A DNA stretch of 64,000 nt, from the NCBI GenBank assembly GCA_951406725.2, contig OX597822.1, positions 47,492,001-47,556,000 on the forward strand. Direction: 5' to 3'. The notes under the pieces were generated by a model that was given only the letters and a program-made list of their open reading frames with translations, was not told the origin of the DNA and searched no databases. The translations under genes and the position numbers were made by a program. The DNA is from Octopus vulgaris (lineage: Eukaryota). Positions 38,260 to 50,169 of this stretch are shown one piece after another. Position 1 is the stretch's first letter, and every line of letters starts with the position of its first letter.

Positions 38260-38365
38260 CAAGGATCAAAAGTCTTCCTCGATCTTGCTTATTCTCCACT
38301 GAACCAATTGATTATCACAGGATCTGCTGATCGACACATTCGACTCTGGGACCATAGAACAAATG
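38260..38365 (+). CDS. WDR12: WDR12 exon 10
   Basis: QGSKVFLDLAYSPLNQLIITGSADRHIRLWDHRTN; ttgcag / gtttgt. Confidence 0.95.
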
Positions 38366-38774
38366 GTTTGTTGCCTTTCCTTATCTCTCTCTCTCTCACA
38401 CACATATATCAGTCAATGATTCACATTTATTTTGAAGTGAGCTGTGAACTGCAAAATGCAGGTGTGACATTTTTAGGATGTGTGATTTGGGTAGTAAAAT
38501 GTGAAATGCACCATTTCTTTTAGGCTATGATAGTATGAGATATTGTCGGTTGTAGAGTGGGAGATATGAGATATTTGTTGTGGTCTGTGTGGACAGCAAA
38601 GATATATATGTATGTTCTTTCATTAGTTTTTTTGAATGTGTAAAACTCTCTCTTCATATTCGAGTGTGTGTAACTCTCTATCGAGCTATCTTCAAGTTTG
38701 AGGGTGTGTGCAAAAGCATGATGATGTCATTTTCTGTTTACGTGTGCCAATTTCTGTTATTTTCTTGTCTGCAG

Positions 38775-38907
38775 AGGGTGCAATAGTCAAGAACAGTTTC
38801 TCTTCCCATCGAGGGTGGGTGTCCAGTGTATGCTGGTCACCCAACAGTGAAAACCACTTCATCTCAGGTTCATATGACATGCTATTAAAACTGTGGGATG
38901 TACGAAG
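38775..38907 (+). CDS. WDR12: WDR12 exon 11
   Basis: EGAIVKNSFSSHRGWVSSVCWSPNSENHFISGSYDMLLKLWDVR; ctgcag / gtgagt. Confidence 0.95.
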
Positions 38908-39670
38908 GTGAGTACAGAATGAGTATATCTATATTGCTACAAAGCCCCATCCATTATTTTGGCACAAGTTCAGCAATTTTCACATCATTATCCATTAGCT
39001 GACCTACAACACATGTCGTTAATCTCCATACTTTATTCATTATCCCATTATCCTTTAGGACAATTATGCAATGGAAATTAGGAACTTAAGACCCAAATGT
39101 CTTTTATTGTTGTATGGTTAATGTTCTCAATTAAAGGTGCTCAGTGATTTCAGGCCTGGTTGTGTGGTTAAGAAGCTCACTTTACAACCATGTGGTTTTA
39201 GTTGCAAAGCCTCGTGCAGCATCTTGGACATTTGTCCTCTGCTATAAGCCGTGGGCCAATCAATGCCTTGTGAGGGAATTTAGATGACAGAAACTGTATG
39301 GAAGCCTGTCATGTATGGACATACACGTGTGTATCTCTGCGTTTGTTCCTGCTCCCCACTTATTTATGTCTCAGTAACCTAGAGGTTCAGCAAAAGAGAC
39401 TGATAAAATACATACCAGACTTTAAAATAAGTACTGCAGTCATTCTGTTCAACTAAACCCTTGAAAACAGTACCCTGGCATAGTTGCAATCCTGTGTGTG
39501 AAACAAATAAGAGATATGGTGACCATCCCTGTCTATGATGGATGCCAAGTAACTGCTATACAGAAAGGTTAAAAAGCATGAATATTAGTTAGAAAAAGAA
39601 CACCTCATTCTACTCCCAGTTTGTTTCTTTCTTTTCTTATAATTCAAACCTTTAACATAATTTATTTTAA

Positions 39671-39859
39671 CCCTTTGGCATTTTAAACAAGCCACATCTG
39701 GCACAAATATTCTGAGTTTATGTTCAAACTGGTCACATCTTGCCTCTCACACCTACCTTACAATGTCTTCTAAAATAAACAATCACATCGTTGCAGTCTC
39801 AAAACAGTCTGAATAAACAAGTATAACATTTGACAGAGTAATATCTGAATGCTAAAGGG
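39671..39859. mobile_element. piggyBac-type MITE in WDR12 intron 11
   Basis: TTAA-CCCTTTGGCATT ... AATGCTAAAGGG-TTAA. Confidence 0.8.
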
Positions 39860-39917
39860 TTAAAAGTCTATTCTTGTGTTGTTATTTATACATTTGTGTT
39901 TGTTTGTTTTTTTCTAG

Positions 39918-40068
39918 TCCAAAAGCTCCACTGTATAACATGACAGGTCATGAGGAAAAGATTCTTGCAGTGGATTGGTCGATTCCTGAACTTATGTTGT
40001 CTGGTGGTGCTGACAAACACATGAAGATATTTCACCACACTAATACCAAAGAATTCATTGCTTCATAA
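39918..40068 (+). CDS. WDR12: WDR12 exon 12 (terminal)
   Basis: SPKAPLYNMTGHEEKILAVDWSIPELMLSGGADKHMKIFHHTNTKEFIAS*; summed CDS is 1296 nt = 431 aa + stop; ATTAAA hexamers follow near 40075 and 40130. Confidence 0.95.
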
Positions 40069-41479
40069 TATTTTATTAAAGAATTACAAGAAAAACACTT
40101 TTTTTTAATTTTATTATTTATAGAATTCTATTAAAACTTGAAAGGTTTCCTTGCAGCTGTTGATATTAATCAATAATCCAGGAACTACCGTTTTGATTTA
40201 AAGTTGTTTCTGGCATAAGCAGTCATCAGTTTTTTCCAGTTCCAGATTTTACCCTAGAAAGGGTCACCAAGTTGAAAGATCTATGTTGTGGGTGTTGTTA
40301 TGGCAGAGTCTGTAGAAGATCAAAATAACAAGTAAATCAGTGAAGAGTTTAAGCATTGTCTGTTGGAATATATACACTTTTGGTGTATTATGAGATGATA
40401 CATTAACAATCAGCTTCAATGTCCAAATTTCAGGGGTTTCTGTAGCAGTATTCATGAATGAAAGACAAATCCTAATGGAATGGGGTGCTAGTATTTCAGA
40501 TCACATTCTGAGATGATGTGGCACCTACTCTTGTTGACAGCTGTGTGAATTGAGTTGTCATTCTCATTACCATCAGCCCAGCACAACAAAACAGCCATAA
40601 AGAGCAAACAATGGAACTAGTACATGGTCGATTGACTTGCTAGAAATAACAGCATAGTTTTCATATTCTGTTAAAAGGGTACATTCGATAATGTAGTCCT
40701 GAGTTTCCAGAACATAGGAAAAAGACAGGATGGTCATAGCTGTAAGCTTAATGGATTATTAAATTGGTTTCAAATTTCAGCGTTCCACCATTTACCTCAG
40801 TTACCTCTATCCTGTTCACCCATCCAATCCTCTGTATCATCCCACTTATTCTCCCCCCCCAATGTCCTGACACATCTTCACCACCACCTCTTTCTCATGT
40901 AGAGCATTCATGTATCTGCTCTACAACAAGACACCTGTCCATTTATACCTCTAATCTCTCATTAACTGGCACAAAGCTGCTGCTCCATCTCACTACTGCT
41001 TCCCATTCCTAGCTGAGGCAGGGTTTTTTTTTTTGTTTTGCAAGTTACTTGGTGACCCTGTTGGTGACACATAAGCCACCCAGTACACTCTGTAAAGCAG
41101 TTGGTGTTAGGAAGGGCATCCAGCTGTAGGAACCATGCCAAAACAGACAATGGACGCCAGTGTAGCTCCTGGCCTTACCACCTCCTGTCAACCCATGCCA
41201 ACATGGAAAACAGATTTTGGTGATCATAAATGCTTGGTGAAACAGCTGTAATTTACTTGAAGGAGACAATACTAGACTTTACTGATGAAGTTAAGATAGA
41301 ACTGAGAAACTTTGAAATAATATGTCAGGAGAAATATGATTCTAAATACAAATGTTTGAGAGTAATATGGCAAGTTGAATAACTTCAAACATGTTGCTTT
41401 CAGTAGAATAAAAATTTAAAAGGTGATGATATTGGCAGTACCCCAGCATGGCACGAGCCTTTGGGCTGAAAAGCTCTTG

Positions 41480-41665
41480 GCTTCAAGGGTATTGTCAAAG
41501 GCCTGGTAGAGGCCCAACCTTCTGAGTTCTTTAAGGAGCTTAGAAAAACTGAAAGACTGGTGCAATAAGTGTGTGAATCTAAGAGGTGACTATGTTGAAT
41601 GAAATGACAACATATCCTCCTGTATTTACTTTTACCTAAAGCTAGAAACTTTTTTCAGTCCCCAC
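41480..41665 (+). mobile_element. mariner 3'-end fragment
   Basis: LEKLKDWCNKCVNLRGDYVE* followed by a TIR-like aaactttttcagtcccc. Confidence 0.65.
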
Positions 41666-42071
41666 CACCTCATGTGTGTGTGAGTCTGAGGATTACATCA
41701 TCTAGTGCATACGTCCCCCTGTTCTTTTTTTTTTTTTCCAAATAAAGTGTCAATAATCTAATTGACATAAATCAAGAAAACCGAGAACGACTGGTTTACA
41801 GAATCGACTTTTTGTCGTTTGCATGGCTCTTTATATTGAAACAAGATCTGAGTCCGTATTGAACACAAATAATTTTAAAAAGCAAGACATGGATAATGTA
41901 ACCCTAGACATGCTGTATGGAAAGAGACCAGATAGCAATGGCTTGATCATAAGTTTAACAGAATCGTAACAAGTTGGAATCACTGAATGCCAGGATCATA
42001 TTTGTGTCAAGACAGGGTGATCTCCCTTAGATCAAGTTGAAATTAAAATATGAAAATAGTAAGTTTTACTA

Positions 42072-42085
42072 CCACTAGATGTCGC
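42072..42085 (+). promoter_or_regulatory. CTCF-like motif CCACTAGATGTCGC
   Basis: One mismatch from the CCACTAGATGGCGC core, in unique intergenic sequence between convergent genes. Confidence 0.45.
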
Positions 42086-43189
42086 ATTAGTCTTGTTCGG
42101 AAAAATATATTTACGTAACTTCTTAAAGAAAATTCATATTTATTGAGAAAATATTAATATAACCAAAAGATAATTGTACTACGAAAATAAATTATTCGAA
42201 TTTCTTGAGAGGGAATTCGCTAGTTTTAGCTATAACCGCAATTCACTGACAGCCGATGACGAACATCCTCAAATATTTATATAATCTCCTGCTTAATATT
42301 TCTGTATTATTGAACAGGCAATTGTGTGCACCAATTTCAAGTATAGAATTCTATTTCAATCTTAATAAATACTCAACCTATCTACAATTTAAATACTTTT
42401 CATAACTGAAGTGTAGAACTACAGCCATCAATTGGCATCAAAATGGCCACTGTTTCGTATCTACCCCAGTCACTTGTGAAAAGACGTTTTATTTTATTAA
42501 AATACAGACAAGCATTGCGGGTAATTTCAGCTGAATAAAGGGAGAATTATTTAAATAAATGACTTCACCTAATTACTATTAGCATAAAGATAGTCACATG
42601 TCACCATTAAAACGATTTCTTCAACAATATCGCATCATTATAGGAAATAATTGTTTATTGACTATTTTCTAAGGATCCTGTGTGGTCTTCTGTCCTGCAA
42701 ATATCTCTCTTAAATTAATCATTACGTTATTTTGTCTTTTTGATTATAGTTCAGCTCTCTTTATTCAGCAATAATAGGTTATTTACCCTGCTAGAAATGA
42801 CAGCCATAAACAAAAGCTATTTCAAACCAGTAAAGTCGCATACAAAAAGACGGTAAGTCAGGTATGGAACGCTTTTGATCATACGCCTGCTGTAGCTGTT
42901 ATTGAGCCTAGGGCCAAACAGCAACATAACAGTGGAACCTACAACTATATTTTATGTTTTCAAGTAATAAGGCTGCAACCATGCCGGGGTACCGTCATCA
43001 AGAGTTTTAGTCGGACAAATCGACCCCAGAACCTATTCTTTTATTTGTTTAGGTAATTTGACTGCGGCCATGCTGGAGCACCGGCTTTAGTCAAACAATT
43101 CGACCCCAGGACTTATTCTTTGTAAGCCTAGTACTTATTCTATCGGTGTCTTTTGCCAAACCGCCAAGTTACGGGGAACCTAAACATAC

Positions 43190-43229
<40 letters not shown>

Positions 43230-43507
43230 GACGGGCTTCTTTCAACTTCCGTCTACCAAAACCTCTCACAAGGCTTTGGTCGGCCCGAGGCTGGAGTAGA
43301 AGACACTTGCCCAAAGTGCTACGCAGGGGAACTCAACCTGAAACCATGTGGGTCGTAAGCAAATATATGTAATTACGATTCAGTTGAATTGATGTACCAA
43401 GCCACAAATATAACATAAGGAAATAGTGTAATTATTTTGGTTTCTGGTATTGATAGAAATTTGGTAAAAATGGTTTATCCTTTATGTTGGAAATCTATAT
43501 GGTCATC

Positions 43508-43595
43508 TACGTCTGAGGAAAGCGGTTTCTTTCAAATTGTTTTAATGTTTTCATTGATCGATTAAATGGATCCGCTTGAAACGGTCGTAAGGCAT
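43508..43595 (+). ncRNA. Hammerhead ribozyme-like motif
   Basis: CTGAGGA 43513-19, stem II aagcgg / ccgctt, GAAAC-GGTC-GTA; stem I poor. Confidence 0.45.
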
Positions 43596-46570
43596 TGATC
43601 CCTGGACATCCTTGTTACTTATTTGCATTATATATATAGATACACACACACACTCTCCTACTCTTTACTATGTGAGTAACAGTGTATTCTGCAATCGGTT
43701 CTTGAGGCTCGCTTTGATAAGGCCTGACTATTGGTGATGGTGTTTACATGCAAATCAGATCAGCAGAAAACATATTCTAGTCTCATCATCCATTTCCCCC
43801 GCTGACTGTCTAGAATTTACAGTCTTGTCTAATTTCCTTTTTTTTTAATAATATAGCGTAATTTCAGGGAGATTTTCTATTTCTACCGCACTGAATGACC
43901 CTGTAGGGACTCTGTCGTTGGCTCTCTTTGGGATTAGTTACGGATTAAGAGATCTACTGGAAGAAAGACATGAAGGCTATACAAATTTTCCACTATTGAA
44001 CAACCGAATATATAAATGAAAACTCAGTTATCATGGGTAATAAAGAGTTACCTCCCTGTAGTTAATGGACAGAGGAAAAAGTGACTGATTTTTTTTTTCA
44101 GTGCGTAATGAGCATATATGCACGTTCATTTAATATTAAAGCAAGCCCTTAAGATGAAGTACTGCTAATTGTTATTTAATGAAAGACTTTCCAGTCGTGA
44201 CCATCTAGTTTTTTTCACAATAGTGCATGTAAGACAATATTCAATATATCTTTTATTCTTTGAAGTTGGTAGGATGTAGTTTGAGGGCCATTTAACTGCT
44301 GCTTATAGCAAAGTGAGTGACTAGGTTCTTTGTTAGGAATTAGTGAAATGGTTAAGGTGAAGACAAGGCAAGAATTTGTGTGACTATTTTTAAAAAATGG
44401 CTGTCAAAAATGCAATAAAAACTCATTCTGCCACCCCGCCTATCTTTTCAATTTATAACTTTCATTTAGGAATTTTAATGCATTATTTAAGTGTAATATA
44501 TTTGTCAATTAAACGTGAATATATTGAGAGAAAATTTTTTTTGGGGGGGGGGGGGGACAGTCGAATAAATCGACCCTAGTATGCAACTGGTACTTAATTC
44601 AAATACCCCGAAAGGATGAAAGGTAAAGTCGACCGCGGCGAAATTTGAACTCAGACAGACGAAATACCGCTAAGCATTTCGCCCAGCGTGCTGACGTTTC
44701 TGTCAACTCGCCACCTTTTTAAGCATAAATATTCTTTTCTATTTTAGGTACAAGGCCCGAAATTTTTGGGGAGTGCCAGCTCGCCGCCTTTCTCAGAAGT
44801 AATAATAAAAAGAAAAACCGGACAAAAGTTCGTTACGTACCAAAGTGAATTATCAGGCGCCTGTTTGTCTCTCCAACACTTGGAATCTTCTATGCCCGAC
44901 TCTCACTTGTTTATTACCAAACCTCCAAAGCAAAAGAGTGTGAATTAAGATCTCTTTTTTTTTTGTTTTTTTTGTTCTGCGTCGAGGAAGATGGTTTCAA
45001 ATATCCCTTTAAGATGACAAATGCAATTTTTGAAACTTTATTAAACATGTTATTTATTTATGTATGTAAGCATGCATGTATATTATATAGGGGTGTGTAT
45101 ATTCTTTTATTTGCTTGTCATTTGACTGCGGCCATGCTGGAGTACTGCCTTTAGTCGACCAAATCGACCTCAAGACTTATTCTTTGTAAGCCTAGTACTT
45201 ATTCTATCGGTGTCTTTTGCTGAACCGCTAAGTTACGGGGACGTAAACACACCAGCATCGGTTGTCAAGCGATGTTGTGTGGACAAACACAGACATACAG
45301 TTTCCGTCTACCAAATCCACTCACAAGGCTTTGGTAGGCCTGATGCTACAGTAGAAGTCACTTGCCAAGGTGCCATGCAGTGGGACTGAACCTAGAACCA
45401 TGTGGTTGGCAAGCAAGCTACTTACCACACAGCCACTCCTGCGCCGGAGGTCCCGCAAGTGTACATAGACCCTCACCTACCTCGGTTGGCAGGTGTTAAT
45501 GTGTTGAATACCCAGGCCTCGAGCGACCTAAAGGGTTCCTTCCCTCTGATGGCACTAATTATAGCCTCATCCGTGGGGGATAGATTGATCCAGCATGCAT
45601 GCAGTCGCCAGTGCAAGGTGGCACCGGCGGCCCTAAAACACCGGGCGTTTAGGTGCAGTTAATATATACACACAGAGTTTAGTATCAACATAATGTTACT
45701 AAATTGATGCCTTGAATTACTGGCAACACTCTAAAATGTTAAATTCTTCCTCTTTTCTTCATGATTAGAACAACTACAATCCAATACAGAAGCCTCTAGA
45801 TGGCCTTTTGACCTGCTAGAAACATCAGCCATCATATCCCACTCTACTACCTTAAAGAATGAAGGATCCACTGGTTAATGATATAATTCTAGACATACCA
45901 ACCTCAATAAACGGACACCATGATCTGCACAGGATTAATATTTACTAAATAATAATGCTTTCAAATTTTAGCAAAAGGCCAGCAATTTTGTGGTAAGTCA
46001 ATTAAATTGACCCCAATATTCACCTGATACTTGTTTTGCCTTTCATCCTGAAAGGACGAATGGTGAAGTTGACCTTGGTAGAATTTGAACTCAGAATGTA
46101 AAGACAGAGAAAATGCTGCTACACACTGCCTGGCATGCTAACGATTCTGCCAACTCCCTGCCTTCATTTACTAAACAATGATAATAATTAGAAACTGAGA
46201 CACTGTAGAACAAAGTGTCCTGGTAACAAAGACTTCTGGAAAATTCATCTCCCTTCTGTGACTTAGAAAATAGGACATTCCATAGCAGTTTAAAATATGA
46301 ATTTTCAATCTAGGCAGCAGGTGATCAGTTTTAAAAAGTGTAATATCAACTGTAATAGACAATAGGTACTTTATGTAATTAACCCTTGAAGGATGAAAAG
46401 CAAAGTTGATCTTTGTAGGATTTGAAATCAGAAATGTAAAGAGCTGCAGCAATCACAAAACAATCTATCTGATGTATCTAACAGTTGTGCCAAGCCACCG
46501 TCCTTCACTTGTTTAGAGAAATCATTTCAAATTTAGGTACGTCAGCAATTTTCAAAGGAAGAATCTAGCT

Positions 46571-46801
46571 CAGGGGTTCTCAGTTATTATTTTGTTTTTG
46601 GACTCCTTTATTTCTTATTTTATTTTGATGGACCCTCAGAGCCATTTGATGCTTAAAAAACTCCTATTATATTTTTAGAATCAAATATTAGGGATTGTAT
46701 AAAAAAAATGACTAAAATAATTTGTGTATTGTAGAAGTGTGATTTATTGCACAAAGATTTTAAAAACAAAATCTTCCATGGGCCCTGGTTAAGAAGCACT
46801 G
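46571..46801. mobile_element. hAT/Charlie-type MITE
   Basis: CAGGGGTTCTCA...TAAGAAGCACTG ends; TSD-like atctagct / agccagct; a related fragment starts CAGTGGTTCTCAA near 27857. Confidence 0.6.
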
Positions 46802-47899
46802 AGCCAGCTGAGGGCTTTACTGGTACTTTATTTTATTGATCCCAAAAGGGTGAAAGCAAAGCTGGCATCAGCAGGATTTGAGCCCAGAATATAAAAGATG
46901 TTAGAAGTGCTGCAAGACCGTCAGATGCTTTAACAATTCTGCCAGCTCAATGGTTTCAGATTTTGGCACAAGGTCAGCAATTTCAGGAGAGAGTGTAAAT
47001 CAATTACATCAACTGGTACTTGTCTTATCAACCCCAAAAGGATGAGAAGCCACAAAGTATCTTGTCAGTGTGCTAATGATACTGCCAGCTAGTCAACTTT
47101 AATAATGGTTTCAAATTTTGATACAAGGCCAGCAATTTCAAAGAGCGGGGGGTGGGGGAAGTTGATTAAATCAACCCCAGTGCTCAACTAGTACTTATTT
47201 TATTGTCACCCAAAAAGATGAAAGGCAAAGTTGACCCTGGCATGATTTGAACTCAGAATGTAAAGACAGGCAAAAAGCCCCCCATCAAGTGGGCTCATAA
47301 TTCTGCCAGCTTGCTGCCTTGGCCCATAAGGGTTGGTTTCCTGGTCTCATTAGCATATACGTTCCTGACCTGGATAAGATGCTGATCTGTTGTAGCTGAG
47401 CAGCTAGATGCAGGAGGAAAGTGTGAGAGAAAGTTGTGGCATAAGAGTCAGCAGAAGTTCGCCATTACTTTCTGCCAGAGCTGTGTTTTGCTCATAAACA
47501 CAAACATCACCCAGTCTGAGATTTGAACCTGCGATCCCTCGACCTTGAGTTCACAGCTCTAACCACTAGGCCATCTTTTATTATGATAATTCTGATTGTG
47601 GTACAAGGCCAGCAATCTTTATTAGAGGTGGGGGAGTCAATTTCATCGGACTCTGTACTTAATTGGTACTTTACTTTATTGACCCAGAAATAATGAAAGG
47701 TGAAGTTATCCTCAACAGGATTTGATCCTGTATGTAAAACATTGGAAGAAATACCCCAAAACATTTTGTCTGATGCTCTTACAATTCTTCCTGTTCACCA
47801 GCTTTTCTGTTTTAAATACACACAAAAATATCAACATTAATTCTTATAGTGTCTATTAACAATATATATGAAGAGGGTGGATTATAGGATTTTCTGGTT

Positions 47900-48072
47900 C
47901 ATCATCATCATCGTTTAATGTCTGCTTTCCATGCTAGCATGGGTTGCACGATTTGACAGAGGACTGGCAAACCAGATTGGAGCCTGGTGCAGCCATCTGG
48001 TTTGCCAGTCCTCAGTCAAATTGTCCAACCCATGCTAGCATGGAAAGTGGACATTAAACAATGATGATGATG
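47900..48072. repeat. Fold-back of two RTE-tail SINE ends
   Basis: (CAT)n..ggcaaaccagat - 17 nt - atctggtttgcc..(ATG)n, about 78-bp arms. Confidence 0.9.
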
Positions 48073-49099
48073 ATAGTTAATCTGAAGGTAATACTGGGTG
48101 TGTCTGTGTAAGGCAACAAGGTGACAGAATTGTTAAAGAAATCGGGCAAAGTGCTTAGTGTAATTTCATCCATCTTTACGTTGAGTGCAAATTCTATTGA
48201 AGATGACTTTTCCTTTCATCATTTTAGGGTTGCTAAAATAAGGACCAATTGAGCACTGGGTTTGATGTAATTGACTTCACCCTTCCTTGAAATTGCTGGT
48301 CTTGTCCCAAAATTTGAAACCTATATTGAGTGCATGTAGGTAGAAGGGAGGGAGAGAATCTCTTCATTTGCCTTGATTCCTGATGAACCAACATTAAACC
48401 TGTCTGTTGTTATGCAACCTGCTACAAACATTAAGACATCAAATCCTCACTTTATCTTAACCCTATCACACTATGTTCCTTGCTATAACAGAAATAGATT
48501 AAATGTCATATCTGCTGGATACCTCGTAAAGCTGTAACGAATAACAGAAAAAAAGAAGATGCAGCCAATTCTGTTCTTTAGTTTACCTGCAATTGTTACT
48601 CTTGAGGTGTAAATGCAACCATTTATTTTATTGCCCAGGTGGAGAGTAAAGTTAGACAGGAAGGTCCAGATCTGAGGGGATTAAAACAGAAAGAAAATAT
48701 TGGATCACAGAAGAAGATAGCTACATACACTGTACTTACAAATAGAAATTGTTGAGATGGTCATGGCTGGAATTTCTTTGGTCATATGCCTGCTCAATTA
48801 GGACTAAACAACAATAACGAAAGCAAACTTTTATGTGATCTCTCTCCTTGCTAGAAATAGCAACTAAATTACCTTTAAAGTACACACTGTCAATATAAGA
48901 ACAGAGAACTCACATTGGATAATGTAGTTCTTGACTCACTGTCTGAATAAAGGAGATGGTCGTGGATGGAACAACTTTGATCATAAGCCTACTCAAAGAA
49001 CATTGATCTGGGGATAAACAAATCCATTTCTTTTTACAATTTCCAGGTTAAATTCACCAATTAGTGTATGCATGTGGAATTAGGAAGGTTTTGGGGGAT

Positions 49100-49395
49100 A
49101 GCAATAATGAAAACAGTATAAGTAAAAAGATGAAAGCTTGCCTGGTATGGTCATGTATCCTGCCACACCTCCATGTCCAAAACCATTCTTTGTGACCCAG
49201 GTGAGGGAAGGCAAAAGACAGGCAGACAGAGAAGATCCTGGTTTCACAACATCAAGTACTGGACAGGTCATGGCACAGTGAACATGCTACGCATGACAGA
49301 GAAGAGAGATCAGTGGCAACAGCTGACCATGAAAGCATCCAGAGTGGAAACCCCCAACGACTGGCAGCATCAGTTAAGGGACCTTGATGATGAAT
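49100..49395 (+). mobile_element. Old RTE/BovB-like LINE 3' end
   Basis: KLAWYGH..MSKTIL..GEGRQKTGRQRRSWFHNIKYWTG..RDQWQ. Confidence 0.7.
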
Positions 49396-50169
49396 AATAA
49401 AAACAACTAAAATTCTTCATGGAAGCCTCTCTGTGGTTCTGTTCTACCATCAGAGGGAAACAAAATGTTGCACTGCATAATAGCCATGGATTTCTTTTAG
49501 CTGTTGTTTCTGTCAATGAACTGTGGCCACCCTGGGGCACCACTTTGAGGGGTTTAGTCAAACAAACTGACCCCAGTATTTATTTAAGACTGGTACTTAT
49601 TCTATTGGTCACCTTTGTTGAACTGCTAAGTTATGGGAATGTAAACAAACCAACAGTAGGGGGAGAGACAAACACACATACATATATGTGATGAGTTTCT
49701 ACAGTTTCCCTGTACAAAATTCATTCACAAGTCATTGGTTGGAGCCATAATAGAAGACACCTGCTCAGTTGGATTGAACCTGAAACCATGCGGTTGCAAA
49801 GTGGGCCTCTTAACAACACATCCATGCCTGAGTTATAGCTTCTTAACTTTAGTTATGACTGAACCCTTACATCCACTTCTGCTATGACTAAATTCACAGC
49901 CTGGTCCTTTGCAATTGCTAAACTCCCTCAACTGTGAACTTTCTGGTTGGCTTTCTCCATATGACAATTAACAAAGGATCTTGTATCAGATCATATGACA
50001 ATTAACAAAGGATCTTAGATCAGAACAAAACAGGGTGACACATGGTACACTAGGAGCATGTGGTGCATTACGTTAGCCTCGTTGTTTCACCACTACATGT
50101 TTGTGTGTGTGTGTAAAATGTATGTATGTATAAAAAAATAATGGATGTTAAAATAGAAATGGATACAAT

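Noticed and set aside
40230-40560. Possible ISXO2/Merlin-like transposase trace (THNIDLSTW on minus)
   Set aside because: A single weak motif; cannot be supported without a profile search
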